A DNA stretch of 64,000 nucleotides from Nemertoderma westbladi (taxonomy: Eukaryota; Animalia; Xenacoelomorpha). The notes below the pieces were generated by a model. It worked only from the letters and a program-made list of their open reading frames with translations. It made no database searches and was not told where the DNA came from. Below, in pieces: positions 62,800 to 64,000 of the stretch (its first letter is position 1; every line of letters starts with the position of its first letter). The DNA lies in contig JAUCBJ010006848.1 in the NCBI GenBank assembly GCA_032718475.1, positions 8,143 through 72,142 on the forward strand, read 5' to 3'. A program made the position numbers and the translations under genes.

Positions 62800-64000
62800 A
62801 TCCTGTGCATATTCAGGCATTCTATGCATATTCACTCCATGAGGCCTCCAAAGCACAAGATTATGCACTGGCTGGTCATTACGGCGAAAGCAATGTCCTG
62901 CGAAACGGAGGCGGCTTTGTTCTAGTGTGAAGTTTGGGGGACCAATGAGAGACACCTCCAATGTTATATAGTGTCTGGTTGGAGATGTGTGCATTGTACT
63001 TCACACAGTGAACTACTACTACTACGATCGGCATGCTGCATTGAAGCTGCATTATATATTATATATTACATATATATTGAGAATGATGTGCCGTATTGTC
63101 GATAAAATTGCGCCGCCACAACTCCCTATCACCCATGACATTTGCTAGATCATCAGCATCTTCAAGGCTAGTGTCCTTTAAGATGTGTCCCAAGAAAGCC
63201 ATGGGCTGTCCACCATGCTTATTCACTCCATGAGGGCGCCAAAGGACAAGATTATGAACTGGCTGGTCCTCACAGCGAAAGCAATGTCCTGCAAAACGGA
63301 GGCGGTTCCGTTCAAGTGTGAAGCTATGGGAGATTAATCGAAAACCTCCAATGTTGTAGAGTCTGATTGGAGATGTGTTCATTGTACTTGACACAATGAA
63401 CCTGACGCAGCATTCTTGTGAAAGTGCCTGTGAAAGTGTGAAATAAAAACTAATAACAGTGTAATTATAGCCTTCTTAAATGGGCAATGTTGTTGGGGGA
63501 CAACAATCTTTAAAACACTACTCACTTTGTTAAAATCTATTAACAATATATTGGAGCATTCGAAAATCATTTTAGACATATTTTCCTATCTACTCAATTT
63601 TTTTGGAACGGAAAAATTAACGGGAATTGTCTTTTTTAACAATATGAATGCACATGTTTTTTTCAATTATCGCTTATTGAAGCATAGGCTCACAATAAGC
63701 CAATGTTCAAATTTCCCTCTGGAAAGCAAAGGAAACTGATCCTCGGGTACAAGAAACATGTTGACAACCCATATCAACCAATCGGTTTTCACATATTACC
63801 ATTCTGAGATTAGGAGAGCCAATAATAGGAATGTTGTTCCGGAACAACACTGAGCAGCAAAGGGTTAAGATTGGTTCGCTTATGAAGTTATCGGTATTAT
63901 TAATTGTTAATATTGTTAATTGTTACTACTACTACTAGGATCGGCATGCTGCATTGCAGCTGCATTTTTAAGAATGCTGTGCCGGCTTGTCAACAAAATT
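62800..64000 (-). mobile_element. Cluster of RTE LINE 3' fragments
   Basis: RLRFAGHCFR..DQPVHNLVLW at 62800-63010 and 63059-63430; reversed (ACT)n tails at 63012 and 63925. Confidence 0.8.

Larger units (their letters stand above)
35908..63920 (+). repeat. Segmental duplication unit B, expanded by insertions
   Basis: Collinear with unit A; boundaries approximate. Confidence 0.8.

Overview
AT-rich eukaryotic (probably invertebrate) genomic DNA dominated by transposable elements, with no sign of prokaryotic systems. The window is a tandem segmental duplication (unit A ~905-14910, unit B ~35908-63920). Each unit carries one copy of a gene for a predicted secreted, GPI-anchored single Ig-like-domain protein (9819-10514 and 58525-59220), and the two copies differ by clustered non-synonymous changes. 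Between the units is a three-level nest: a CR1-type LINE, split by a foldback DNA transposon (8-bp TSD AACATTCT), which is in turn split by a young 15.2-kb BEL/Pao LTR retrotransposon (5-bp TSD AATTG). That BEL element has 2.26-kb LTRs containing a tRNA-like Pol III cassette, no canonical PBS, seven copies of a frame-independent hairpin and a possible spliced third ORF. Unit B also holds a ~15.9-kb Polinton/Maverick-like remnant (39453-55347). It has an AGTAGT terminus, a foldback end, 2.4-kb inverted arms each carrying an unknown 569-aa gene, a zinc-finger/pPolB N-terminal fragment and a small TQT-motif gene. All family assignments come from motif recognition by eye, not database searches.
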